Below, one piece after another: positions 27,003 through 39,141 of a stretch of 47,099 nucleotides of DNA. Below the pieces are notes generated by a model. The model was not told the DNA's origin, did not search any database, and saw nothing but the letters and a program-made list of their open reading frames with translations. Each line of letters begins with the position of its first letter. The stretch's first letter is position 1. Position numbers and translations under genes: made by a program. This stretch comes from Ancylonema sp. (Eukaryota): NCBI GenBank assembly GCA_050230475.1, contig JBFLGF010000057.1, positions 62,001 to 109,099 on the forward strand, read 5' to 3'.

Positions 27003-27570
27003 TTAGATGATGGTCCCTGCGGGAATGAGGGCATCTTTGATAACCGTCACAATGCCGGACTTTATGAAGTACCCGTCCGTCTCTCGCGCCGCTTCCTGCA
27101 CGTTGTCCTTGTTGATGATCTGCAGCCGGAGGGGGCAGGGGATAGAAGAATGTGACACCTGGCACCCTGCTACTGGATGGACCACAGCCGCCCCTGAGTT
27201 GCCTACCTGCACGTTGTCCCCGATGCGTGCGTTCTTGTCGATGATGGCCTTCCGGATGATGCAGTTCTTGCCAATGCCCATCAGGGTGCCCCCCGCCGCC
27301 AGCACCTCCGCCTTCATCTCCTCCGTCTGCTCTCCACCCCCACCCAGGCGAACACGTGTGAGCGGCATGCATGCGTACACGTCTACGCATGGATGCGGGT
27401 ATCGATAGGCACACGCCACGGGCACGAATGAAGTAGGTGAGTGGTGAGTGTGTTTGAGGGTGAGGTGTGACCTCGTAGTAGTCTGCTCCCATCAGCAGCG
27501 CGTCTTCGATCACCGCCCCCTCCGAGATGAGCGATCGCAGCCCCACCACTGAGTGGTGGATGCGACATTT
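27003..27570 (-). CDS. APS1: ADP-glucose pyrophosphorylase small subunit, last three exons (5' part missing beyond N at 27616)
   Basis: Exons 27570-27472 (KCRIHHSVVGLRS...LLMGADYYE), 27326-27207 (GIGKNCIIRKAIIDKNARIG), 27119-27003 (VQEAARETDGYFIKSGIVTVIKDALIPAGTII*). The C-terminus is typical of the plant small subunit. Confidence 0.95.
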
Positions 27571-27615
27571 CTGCGACAACCCCTCCTTGCCACCTGTCAC
27601 CACCACAGTGGCCTA

Positions 27616-27616
27616 N
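27616..27616. other. Single N, probable contig junction truncating the AGPase gene
   Basis: n at 27616; no further AGPase exons beyond it. Confidence 0.85.
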
Positions 27617-28103
27617 AAAAAAATCAGCGGCGCTTGCGGAGGTTTACACGTGCTCTGCCAAAGCACTATTGGACGGCGCATTTAATTATTTTGGACGCGC
27701 ATTGCAACGCGCATTATGAAATTTAATCACTTCAAAATTTCAAGTGCTATCGACTTCGGATCAGTACGGTAATTGAAAAACGACGGGAAATCTCATTACA
27801 ACTCAGATTCTGTAACCTGAAAATGTACGGCGAATTCGTCTGCTGCGACGGCCGTACTGGTGCGAAATTACGCAGAACTGTTCCTGCCACGCGGCATCAT
27901 TGACTACACTGGGCTTTCCGCGTGCCTCAGGATGCCCCCATCAATTTCCACAATTATTCCACAATTCTCCACTAAACAATATTACTTGGTGGCTATTCGG
28001 GAACTATCGTATCACGCAAGCACGCAACGTTGCGGCACTAGTGCTGTGTGGAGGGAGGTGTTTGGCGCGCGCTGCGGCACCCGGCTTGGTCGCTCGATTA
28101 GCG

Positions 28104-30485
28104 ATGGGGCAGGGCATCTCAAAAGAAGAGCAACTTTTCCTGGCCACCCAGAAGTTTCAGTTGAATGTCATCCGGGAGCTGCATAGTCAGGGTGCGACTC
28201 TAGAGGTAGGATAATCCCTGCTAGTCTGCAGATACGAAGCTATTTCACTTTGAAAATGCGCAGTGTGTTAATAGTGTGAGTGATAGGAATCCTGCACACT
28301 GGCAGTTCTAGATAACTGAAAATTTAACCATGTGCCGACAACTGAATTCAATTCCCATGGAGCTGTCTTGCTGCAGTGGAAGGACGACCGAGGACGCACT
28401 CCCCTTCTTGTTGCCTGTTCTGTGCCTGAATGTTATGATGCGACAGTTTTACTTTTGCAGCTCGGTGCCAACATACGGGCTTTCCGACCAGGTAAATTTG
28501 TGTATAGACTGGCTGTGTCTGATGAACAACCGAGCGTCGAATCGCTCGATTTTCACAGCCGCCAGTCGCATCTTTCGGTTAGGACGATTGCTACCAGACA
28601 CTACTAGTGTGGAAGGGGACGATTCTGTCAAAGTCTGAGCATCGCACAAAAGCTTGGTGCACTTCCCGCTCACACGATGTCGGAGTCTTGCGATTGATGC
28701 AAGAGTAATCTTCAATGGCGTGCATGCACTCACATCCAGTGCTGCAGGATTGGCAGCAATCGGTACAGTACGTCAATGAATGTCTGGTACCAAACTGGTT
28801 TCTGTTCACACGTTGATGGCCTGCAGCCTGATTCCTTTTTCCCACGCAGGTCCTGAGGGCGGTTATCCGATGCATCATGCCGCCAGGAGGGGCTGTGACC
28901 AGACCCTTAATCTGCTGGTCCAGAAAGGAGGTGATCCCCGGCCCCACGGCCCTTGGCAGGAGCCGGTTATCAGTTGTGGCTGGGACCTGGACGCCTGTGT
29001 CAGAAAACTAGGAGGCTGTCGAAATATGATAGTGTGACTGCCACCTGAGAGGATGACGTGGGCATGTGGTGATTGGCAGCCGAGCCTCTTTTGGTAAACG
29101 ATGCCGGGGACACGGCTCTCAGTCTGGCGAGAGGCTCTGGGCGGCCATCCACAGTGAGGCTCATTGAGGTACGAGCTGGGGAGGTGGATGGGGTTGAGGC
29201 TGGAGGGGGATGGCACCCGAACAAAGTCCATGTGTGTGTGTGTGTTGCTGTCGAGGGTATTTTACAAGTGAGTAGGTTACTGGAGAGCCAGTCGGATACT
29301 GACGCGTTGAGCAACAGTCAATGAGGCAGTGGAGGGTAAGAATGGATTGATCATGGTGGGTCAGTGGAGAGGTATGGATATAGACATCCCATCAGCTACA
29401 TCTTCTGAGCTCCCCACATTGCCCACCGACACCAATCCTCAGCACTAAGTCCCTGTGCATGGGTCTGACGCGTGTGAGGCTTTGCGGGGTTCAGGATCGG
29501 CTGGCGCTGTGGTCCGGGTATATGAGGCAGCAGCCTCTGAACACCCCCTCGTTTGTGCAAGCCTTTGTGCCGGGTCTGGTGAAGCAAGTGTGAGTGGGGG
29601 AGAATGGTGTGAGGGTGCTGCCCAGGAGGGTTGTATTAAAACAGAGAGGTTTTTCTCCTGGAAACATGGCTGTGGGGGGGGGGTAAGCGGTGTACAAGGA
29701 ATTGTAGTTTCGGGCCTCGAATCATTACATGCACACATGTCATTACACAAAGTCAACGAAAGTGAATGCAAATCGTAGCAAACAAACCTCATCCCGAAAA
29801 CTATGGAAGTAAATGAACTGCTGGGTGAATGCATTCATGCTTTCACATGTCTGTATGTGTACATCCTAACCGCTATCAGTGTACTGTACAATATGGAAGC
29901 ATGCATGCCCAAACTTCTCTCCCTGTCCTCAGGTGGGTGGTGGTGCTGCCGATATATGTGGATCGAGCCGGCCAGCCTCGGTTGCAAGTAGCCATTTATC
30001 CGGCACCCAAGGTGAGGGTTTTCTGATTCTGGCGTCCATCGCAATGCGGTAGAGGTCAAGGTCTCACAGGCTGTTGCACCCAATTTTTGGAACTGAAATT
30101 CGAAGTCGACACATCATTTGAATTCTTTTTGGTTTTTTATCTTGTTCAGGAATCACCTTTCATCCAAAAAACCTCAGTATTCAGTGTTTTGTACCTGTAC
30201 CTGTATCCATGTCTGTTACGTAGGAGCCACATATATACATATATATATATCAAAACTGTCCATGTGGTGTCCACGCCCTCATCCGTGCCGTGCAACGCAT
30301 TCAGTGTACAATATTAGTGAGATGCATGTGAAGACGACTGTGCAATCATTTCATCTGCCAGCTGGCAGACAAGCGTCACACGTCACCGCTCCCAACCCGA
30401 AACCTAGACCTGCTGACGTGGCACATCCCCCACCTCGTACCACATGGGATCGCATCACCATTCATCCAATCTCATCCGTTTTCCA

Positions 30486-30559
<74 letters not shown>

Positions 30560-33510
30560 CCCACGGCCCTTGGCAGGAGCCGGTTATCAGTTGTGGCTGG
30601 GACCTGGACGCCTGTGTCAGAAAACTAGGAGGCTGTCGAAATATGATAGTGTGACTGCCACCTGAGAGGATGACGTGGGCATGTGGTGATTGGCAGCCGA
30701 GCCTCTTTTGGTAAACGATGCCGGGGACACGGCTCTCAGTCTGGCGAGAGGCTCTGGGCGGCCATCCACAGTGAGGCTCATTGAGGTACGAGCTGGGGAG
30801 GTGGATGGGGTTGAGGCTGGAGGGGGATGGCACCCGAACAAAGTCCATGTGTGTGTGTGTGTTGCTGTCGAGGGTATTTTACAAGTGAGTAGGTTACTGG
30901 AGAGCCAGTCGGATACTGACGCGTTGAGCAACAGTCAATGAGGCAGTGGAGGGTAAGAATGGATTGATCATGGTGGGTCAGTGGAGAGGTATGGATATAG
31001 ACATCCCATCAGCTACATCTTCTGAGCTCCCCACATTGCCCACCGACACCAATCCTCAGCACTAAGTCCCTGTGCATGGGTCTGACGCGTGTGAGGCTTT
31101 GCGGGGTTCAGGATCGGCTGGCGCTGTGGTCCGGGTATATGAGGCAGCAGCCTCTGAACACCCCCTCGTTTGTGCAAGCCTTTGTGCCGGGTCTGGTGAA
31201 GCAAGTGTGAGTGGGGGAGAATGGTGTGAGGGTGCTGCCCAGGAGGGTTGTATTAAAACAGAGAGGTTTTTCTCCTGGAAACATGGCTGTGGGGGGGGGG
31301 TAAGCGGTGTACAAGGAATTGTAGTTTCGGGCCTCGAATCATTACATGCACACATGTCATTACACAAAGTCAACGAAAGTGAATGCAAATCGTAGCAAAC
31401 AAACCTCATCCCGAAAACTATGGAAGTAAATGAACTGCTGGGTGAATGCATTCATGCTTTCACATGTCTGTATGTGTACATCCTAACCGCTATCAGTGTA
31501 CTGTACAATATGGAAGCATGCATGCCCAAACTTCTCTCCCTGTCCTCAGGTGGGTGGTGGTGCTGCCGATATATGTGGATCGAGCCGGCCAGCCTCGGTT
31601 GCAAGTAGCCATTTATCCGGCACCCAAGGTGAGGGTTTTCTGATTCTGGCGTCCATCGCAATGCGGTAGAGGTCAAGGTCTCACAGGCTGTTGCACCCAA
31701 TTTTTGGAACTGAAATTCGAAGTCGACACATCATTTGAATTCTTTTTGGTTTTTTATCTTGTTCAGGAATCACCTTTCATCCAAAAAACCTCAGTATTCA
31801 GTGTTTTGTACCTGTACCTGTATCCATGTCTGTTACGTAGGAGCCACATATATACATATATATATATATCAAAACTGTCCATGTGGTGTCCACGCCCTCA
31901 TCCGTGCCGTGCAACGCATTCAGTGTACAATATTAGTGAGATGCATGTGAAGACGACTGTGCAATCATTTCATCTGCCAGCTGGCAGACAAGCGTCACAC
32001 GTCACCGCTCCCAACCCGAAACCTAGACCTGCTGACGTGGCACATCCCCCACCTCGTACCACATGGGATCGCATCACCATTCATCCAATCTCATCCGTGT
32101 TCCACTCCTCTCTCTCTCAGTCCTTTCCCCATCATACGCTGACGTGGCGCGTGTTCCTTGCCAGGTGGCGTGTCCATCAGTGGTGGCGCTGTTAGACCAC
32201 GCCGACATTCACATCCAGAACCCGCAGTCCAACGACCCCATGCTAGTCATCAGTGTCACCGCTACCCGTGAGATCTCTACATGGGTGTATGTAGACAGAT
32301 GATCTCAACTGGTCTATCAATTTAGCCTTATGTTAGCATCCACACGCACCCGATTCGCGAGTCGGTATGCATGAAAGTGTTTGCTTTGGGGCGTGGAAAT
32401 GAAGACCACGGTAGAAACACGTGTGTATGCATAGTTGGATTAACGCCCAGTGCACAAACACCCCTCGCTGTCGCTCTCACACTTATCCTCTCCAGACCCC
32501 CCTCCCCCTCTTCGATCTACTACCGCGCCCACCCCACAGCAACTGACCACATAACCCAACTTTAGAGAATGAGTGTCCGAGCCCAGCCCCCCAGCCCCCC
32601 AGCCCCCCATCCCCGTCCCCCTTCCCCCCTCTGCCTGCAGGCAATAAAGTGAAGCTGTCCGCTGACAAGGACTCCAACCAGGCACCCGATTCAGTCATGG
32701 CCGCCTTCCAGGCCTGCAGAGGCATCCCTCAGGTGCCATCACTACCCCTCTCTTCTCATAAAGTGACAATCTCACACCTCTTCACTCCCTCAGACCCAAG
32801 TCCCCAACACGTGCCCCCTGCATGCCTCACATGGTCGATGCAATCTCTATCCTATCGATCCCCACCACGATCTGAACCAGTACTTCACCATCCCACCCCA
32901 CCCCACGCAGAATCAACCCCCCCCTCGGGCCCCCCAGCCCCAAGACAAAGCTCTCCAAATGGCTCTCGAAGCCTCCCTTCGCCATCCCCCACCCCCACCA
33001 CAAGCCAACCCGCCCCTTCCCCAGAACTACGGAGGATGGGGTTCTCAGCCCCCACCCCCCACCAGCTACGGGGGTTGGGATCAGGCCGAGGCAGGACCTT
33101 CTGCCAAAAATGCCATCCCAGCCTCCAGGCCAGATCCCTACAAGCCCTCCCTCCCAACCCAATCTGTTTTTGCCACCCCAGCTCCCCGCCCCCAAACGCA
33201 GCCCTCTGCTCCCCCTCTGCCAGCTGGACTCGCTCTTCCCAACCCCTTTCCTGTGCCGACCCCGAACCCCCCGTCTGCTCCCCAGCCCCCCGCAGAGGAC
33301 AAGGGTATACATTACCCAAGTATCGAAAAACCGTCGACGACGGAAACAAAGGGGGTGGTGTGTTGGGACAAGACTCCGGAAGGGGCGAGCTAACCGTGCG
33401 GACACGTGGCGGGTGGTATGGAATGTTTGACCGAAATCCACATGAAGAAAATGGGATGCCCTGTGTGTAGGAAACCGATCGAGACAGTTTTGAAACTATA
33501 CAATGTGTAG
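28104..33510 (+). CDS. XBAT35: XBAT34/35-like ankyrin-repeat RING E3 ubiquitin ligase (disrupted as assembled)
   Basis: Exons 28104-28205 (MGQGISKEEQL), 28377-28491 (GRTPLLVAC...GANIRAFRP), 28850-28930 (PMHHAARRG), 29080-29168, 29495-29589, 29933-30011, [repeats of exons 4-6 at 30697-30785, 31112-31206, 31550-31628], 32165-32267, 32641-32732, 32911-33510 (IHYPSI...PCGHVAG...CPVCRKPIETVLKLYNV*). In-frame TAA at 33391-33393. Confidence 0.88.
28942..32118 (+). repeat. Near-identical tandem duplication, period 1617 bp, with a (CT)n tract at the junction
   Basis: 28942-~30498 recurs at 30559-~32118; the ORF track repeats at offset 1617. Confidence 0.97.
30488..30558. repeat. (CT)n microsatellite
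   Basis: About 35 CT units, directly visible. Confidence 0.97.
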
Positions 33511-34778
33511 ATTAGGGAGCTTGTTCACTTGGGATATTTGTCGGGAATTCGGCACGGTTTACATATCTTTGTTCTTTTGTACTATCACTTTTGTTCTTGT
33601 GATTTTGATGAGGTGTTTGTACCATTTTTTGTGTAGAAATTGGCATGTCGCTGCAATGGACGTAGTGATTATGATAGAAGGCAGTCTTGTCTTCTTGAAT
33701 GAGGTGGATAGATTGCACCGATTGTGCGATAGTGCAACAATGCGAACTGGGGACAATTTGGTTTATTGATGGTGCTCACGGTGCGATGTGCAAATAAGAG
33801 CCACATGTCTTTCGAGTTTTCTTCCCAAAGTGTATCCTATAACTATTAGGGTGAAGACAAAGTTCATGACGATGATTCTAGTCATGCAATCAAAGCTCAT
33901 GTTTGCTCATACATCGAAACCTTAACATCATGGCTATCTCGCGATAAAAATATTTCAGCACATTCGTCGATTGTAATTGTTGCGAGTAAGCAGGAACAGG
34001 CAGGGCCTGCATAAGCTTAACATGGCTCGCAACTCTTGGCTTTTCGTCATTTTCATCGTTTAGTCGTTTCTAATACAAGTCACTCGCAACATTAGGACAC
34101 GTTGAGTCACTCCGTACAGGATGACAACTTTGGCTATATTATGATATTGTACACTTAGTAAAAAAATCCGAGTGAAACAAGTGGGAATCGAAACTATGAC
34201 CCGAATTCTAGAACATACATTTTGATTCGCAATTTCTGCTTGTGAGGGAGTGTAGTAACCGATCCTTATTTCTTAACGTATGAAGATTGACAAGTGTCGG
34301 ACAATATACGATCGCGTGCCTATATGGTGGTTTGGCGTGTGCGCGAGTGTATGTGACGTGGCTGTGGCGGACAATATACAATTCTGTGCCTTCATGATAA
34401 TTTGACACATGCGTGGATTCAAGTATTTATCGAGGTGTTTCGTTTCGTGATATAACGGTCTATTTGTTGTAATATGGGAGAGTCATGATTGCTCCGCCAA
34501 ACTCGGCGCTATGTCCGGAAGACACGCCTAGATGCATTGGTCGATGCCTCCGGCACCACTTGCGCATAATTGATAGTCGTTGGTAGAGGCCAGTGGTGCT
34601 AGTGGGAGCTTAGTAGGACGTTTCAGATAACGACATAACTCAGTGCCCACGTCCGTGTCGTAAGGTGTACACATGGCAGGAAACAACAAAGGTCGCCTAC
34701 TTATTAATCCGACAGGAGGTGCTTTGTGGCAACCATCGATTGTATCTAGCTGTAGAGCCGATCCGCATGACGTTGTTA

Positions 34779-35850
34779 CTAGAATACTTGGCCAAGAATG
34801 AAGATGCTCGCACGTTGATCGGCCACTCTGTCTAACAACTCCTCCGCGCTGCTGACGAGCCCCGCAAAGAAAGCGTAGGCCACTAGAGAGGGGGTAGGGG
34901 TAAGGCAATACGATGGTAGAGGAGCCAATTGTGTAGCCCCCGCCGTATCCTCGTATCGACATGAAAATGTTCCCCCCCACATATCAATGACTCCCCCCAC
35001 CCCAGCGATGAAGTCCATCCCGAGTAGGGCGCAATAGGCATTGGTACCCACCACCGTCGCCTTTAGAATGCACCGCCTTTCCTAGGGTGTTCCCCTAGCG
35101 AGTGTAAAGGTTACCTCCTTAGTTATCCCCATAGTCTCCTCCATTGCCCCCCTAGCCGTGAGGAGCGGGCGACCGAGGGTTAATGTGTGTACATTAATGC
35201 CAATGGCATTTGCGAACGCCTTACCAAACATAGGGGTAACCGCCCTCGTGTCTAGGATGACGCTCTGCGGTATGCACCCGTTGACGTCCAACAAGCCTGT
35301 AATGCTCGGCAGCGTCGCCGAAGTCCAATGGTTTCCCTTCCGCACCTCTGCTCGCACTGCTGGTGCTGCTACCGCTGTCGGTATCCTCGCCTCCGTTGCT
35401 ACAGTCTAACTCCATAGCGCCTGTTTTAGGTCTATAGCCAGCTGCTTACAATTCATCACTGCATGGACACCTGCCATTGCCGTTTGCAGCACCGTCTCCA
35501 CTTCCACATTGTCCCCCTCCAGAGGTGGTGCTGGGAATAGGTTTGAAGGTGGGTAATTCTCATTTTTTGTTTCATGTTCGAGGGAAGGAGGAGGCAATCC
35601 ATGGTTGAAGGTTTGGGGAGCGATGTACTCCTCTTCCTCCATGGCTGCCTGTATTGCTCGTGCTGCTGCGACCTTTGGTGTAGTAGTAGGCGTGGCATAA
35701 GGGGTGTTGACCCGACGGATTGGGGGACGTCCACGTCCTCTGTGTGGTGGTGCGGGTTGGGCTACTAACGGGCCCTGAACCGCTGCAACGAGGTTGGTCC
35801 CCCTCCTATAGTTTAACGCCATCCCTTGAAATCCTCCGCCGTACCCCCAT
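34779..35850 (-). mobile_element. Degenerate retroelement gag-linker plus aspartic protease fragment (Ty3/Gypsy-like)
   Basis: VILDTRAVTPMFGKAFA (LDTGA-like) ... FTLARGTP*ERRC...AYCALLGMDFIAGVGGVIDMW (LLGMDF retropepsin tail). In-frame TAG at 35082-35084. Pro/Arg-rich linker upstream. No RT follows. Confidence 0.7.
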
Positions 35851-37331
35851 TGGTACTAGTAGTTTGGGGAGAAGTACTCATCACTCCTTGATGACGTCCC
35901 CCTACGCCGCTTATCCCGTACAAGGTCAAGCGGCACTTCTCGCGCCGCGAACTATATCTAGCACTTCAGGAATCAGGTGACGACATCCCTGGTGGCCTCC
36001 GTTGCGGGTTCACTTTCCAGCATTGTGCGATGGTGTGTCTAGTAAACCGGCAACTTCACAACAACTGCCGTATCACTCAAGTGTGATTCATACAATGCAA
36101 TCACACAACGAGAATAGATAGACGGAATCAATTATTGTTGAATCAGGACTGGGCTATATTGCTGGATCCACAGTGCTCAAGTACTGTTGACATATTGTGA
36201 CCAATTGGTAACGTCTACTTGCTAGATGATCCTAGCTGCTCATATTGAGTCATTATCATCGTCTATATGACAATATGTCATAACGGTCCTAGCTACCTAC
36301 TAACAACTATATCGGCTAATACTCACGGTTCACGACATGTTAACCGTGTGTACACAAGTCGGGTGCCCAAGTATAATTGTACCCGGCCCCTTCGCAACAT
36401 GCTTAGACACTGGGTGACATATCTGATCCCCAACATCACAACACACGTTTGCGCGGCCATCTTAGCTAGGGATCTCATGGCGATTGCGGGGTCTTCTAAG
36501 ACTCATGTTCGCTAGTTGTTTGGTTGGTAGATAGTTTTATGGTATAATTCTAAACGCGCGTGAGTTCCCTTTGTATAATTATTTGGTTTGTAGGCATTAA
36601 TTCACTTGCATCAAACAATTTTTTGTTGTAACAAGATGGGAATCCTGTCTTTTGGTTGTAATAAACATGTATTTCTTTCTTTTTTAGTCTATTATAGAAC
36701 ATAATGACGTAACTAACAAATACACGTTATAAGGAACATAAATTCGATTGCCGAAGGTGTGCTAACGAATATTTGTAAGACTATCGATGCGGGACGACCA
36801 TCTTGTGTACCTCATCCACCCGATTCCCACCCGCCCTTCCGCGGGTGGGCCTTTCCCCAGCCGCTGTTTCCCCCCCCCTACAAGCGGCTGGACCCCCCCA
36901 CCCGCGGGTGGCCGGCCGATTTTGATTTTTCATTGGAGTGCGGGCGGCTACCCGCGGGCGGGCGGGTGAGCGGATGGGCGGGTTGCACAAACCTGCATAC
37001 AAGGTACAGGTACAGAAATATTGTGTGACCGAAGGTGTGCCTATGACGAGATTTTACAATTGGCGCGAATGCCAGGTGTGTGACTTCTGCGACGATAACA
37101 GTAGTGCGAGGGGTGAGAAGCTACAATCTCACTCTTCTAATTAGGTTTCTGCTTGTCAGCAGCCCGTGCCTACAAACTACATATTTGCAGCACCGTTCGC
37201 GACTGGTCAATATCTTGCACTCGGATCTTATAATTCTGAGCGAGCACCTCTGACGTTTATTCAGCCGTCAGATCTGCACTCATACGAGCCTTCATTATCA
37301 TACCAGTGCAAACGTCACATACATCATATTC

Positions 37332-39141
37332 GATGTACAACTCGCCGCCTAAGGCATATGCATCCCTCGCACGCGCAAAGGCACAACTGGAAGCGGCAGC
37401 CGACCATCCGTTCCGCGTCTGTGGTCGAAGGAAACCAGCAGTGTCATTCGTCAACCGGGGCTCTGAATCACACGTGGTCGTGGCTGATTGTAGAAGAAGA
37501 AAGAGAAATGCATGTCCTCCACCGACTGCTCCAATCCGTGGAAAGAAACGGAAGGCTGCGATTGTAAAAAGGGTGCAAAGACGGAAGCAGCCAAATCTGT
37601 CAGAGAGACGCCAGGTGGACCAGTCATGGCAGCCGCCCGTATCTCCGTACGGCTTGATTCAGGAGAGCCTTTGGCGGGAACCGTGGAAACTTCTCGTGGC
37701 GTGCATGCTTCTCAACAAAACTAGTGGATCTGCTGTAAGTGCTCCCTACCTCTGTACTTTCTGTTATATCGGTACTGACCCTGCCTCCAGGTATTCGCGT
37801 GTGAGCAATATAATTTCTTCTCTCTTTCGAGTTGTTGCGACGTTTGTGTCGGACTTTTTTCATATGTTGCCTACGTGGTCCCCATACATGAAGGGATTAG
37901 TAGTGCCCCTATAATTCCAAGTGCTTTGCTACCATCTTCGTCTGTTCCATGCGAGGAATCCCGGCAGCTGACTGGCATGGCTAAAAAATGATGATGATGA
38001 TGGCGATGATGAAAAATGATGATTGATGTGTTGTGCATACCCACAAGCTGCACGTGATACTTACACTACGCCATCTCAGTTTCTTTACCATTGTTTTGCG
38101 TACCAGCTGGAGCTACGTGCTGACAAATGCATGTGCCACCTGTCAGCGCAGTCTACAACAGGTGCCACATGTCCATCCTGCACTCACAGCAGTCCTACAC
38201 ATGTGTGAATCTCACCGACAGGTCACTGCCAGCGCCACCTGTCATAACATCCACTATAACATTCCGATTCTCTTTCGCCATCCTCGATGCAGTCAACCAA
38301 TTAGCCTCCTAATCGAGAAATCTACCATCATCTGTCTTCTCAAAACCTTTACCATCCCTCTCATGCGCAGATGCACAGAGTGATTTGGCATCTTTTTCGC
38401 CTCATCCCCTCACCCGAAATAGCTGCTACAACTCCAGCACAGGAGATCGAGGCAGTGATTTGGTCTCTGGGTTTAGGGTTTAAGCGAGCACTGATGATCA
38501 AGAGATTTTTAGGAGAGTGGGTTGCCGATGAATGGAAGGAGGTTGGGGATCTCCACGGCATTGGAAAGTGAGTCATTTAGGCGAAGATTCGTAGGGGAGA
38601 GATGTGTAGAGGAGGTATTAGAAGGGAGAGGTACTATTATAGCGAGGTGGTTTGGGAGTGTACTCCTCGATGTGACCTCATCAAAGCTATGCTTCTCTAC
38701 ATGCATGAGTGTATATATGTGAGTTTGTGTAAGTGTATGTAAGTGACGCGTGTGTGTATGTGTACATGCATATGTATGTGTTTTCGTTTGTGTATGTTCA
38801 TGTCAGATTTTATCCTTCTAGGCTGATCCGCTGCCTATACGTTGTGACGGCCATACCGTTAGTGATTTGTTCAGGTAGCCATGGTCAAGTTTGGAGCAAT
38901 CAGGGCACATGTACGGTTATCCGTGTATTGCAGGTATGCATCGGATGCGTTTGCCATCTTTTGTGAAGGAAGGTGGCGGGAAGTTTCCCCACAAGACCAC
39001 ATGCTAGTCAAGTATTGGAAATGGTTGGATGAAACGGGGGGGGCAGGCATGGGTTTTCAGAATATTTTGGAACCCTCTAGTGAGGCTTTAGGGGAAGTTT
39101 GCCCTTCTAACGAGGTTCAACAAACATTGGTAGCAAAATAA
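37332..39141 (+). CDS. MBD4L: MBD4-like HhH-GPD DNA glycosylase
   Basis: Exons (start uncertain)-37734 ([34 protein letters not shown]), 38371-38567 (LGLGFKRA...LHGIGK), 38934-39141 ([31 protein letters not shown]...*). Phases consistent; basic NLS-like N-terminal region. Confidence 0.92.

Noticed and set aside
34180..34203. tRNA T-arm/B-box-like motif on the minus strand
   Set aside because: No A-box or cloverleaf; at most a SINE relic.
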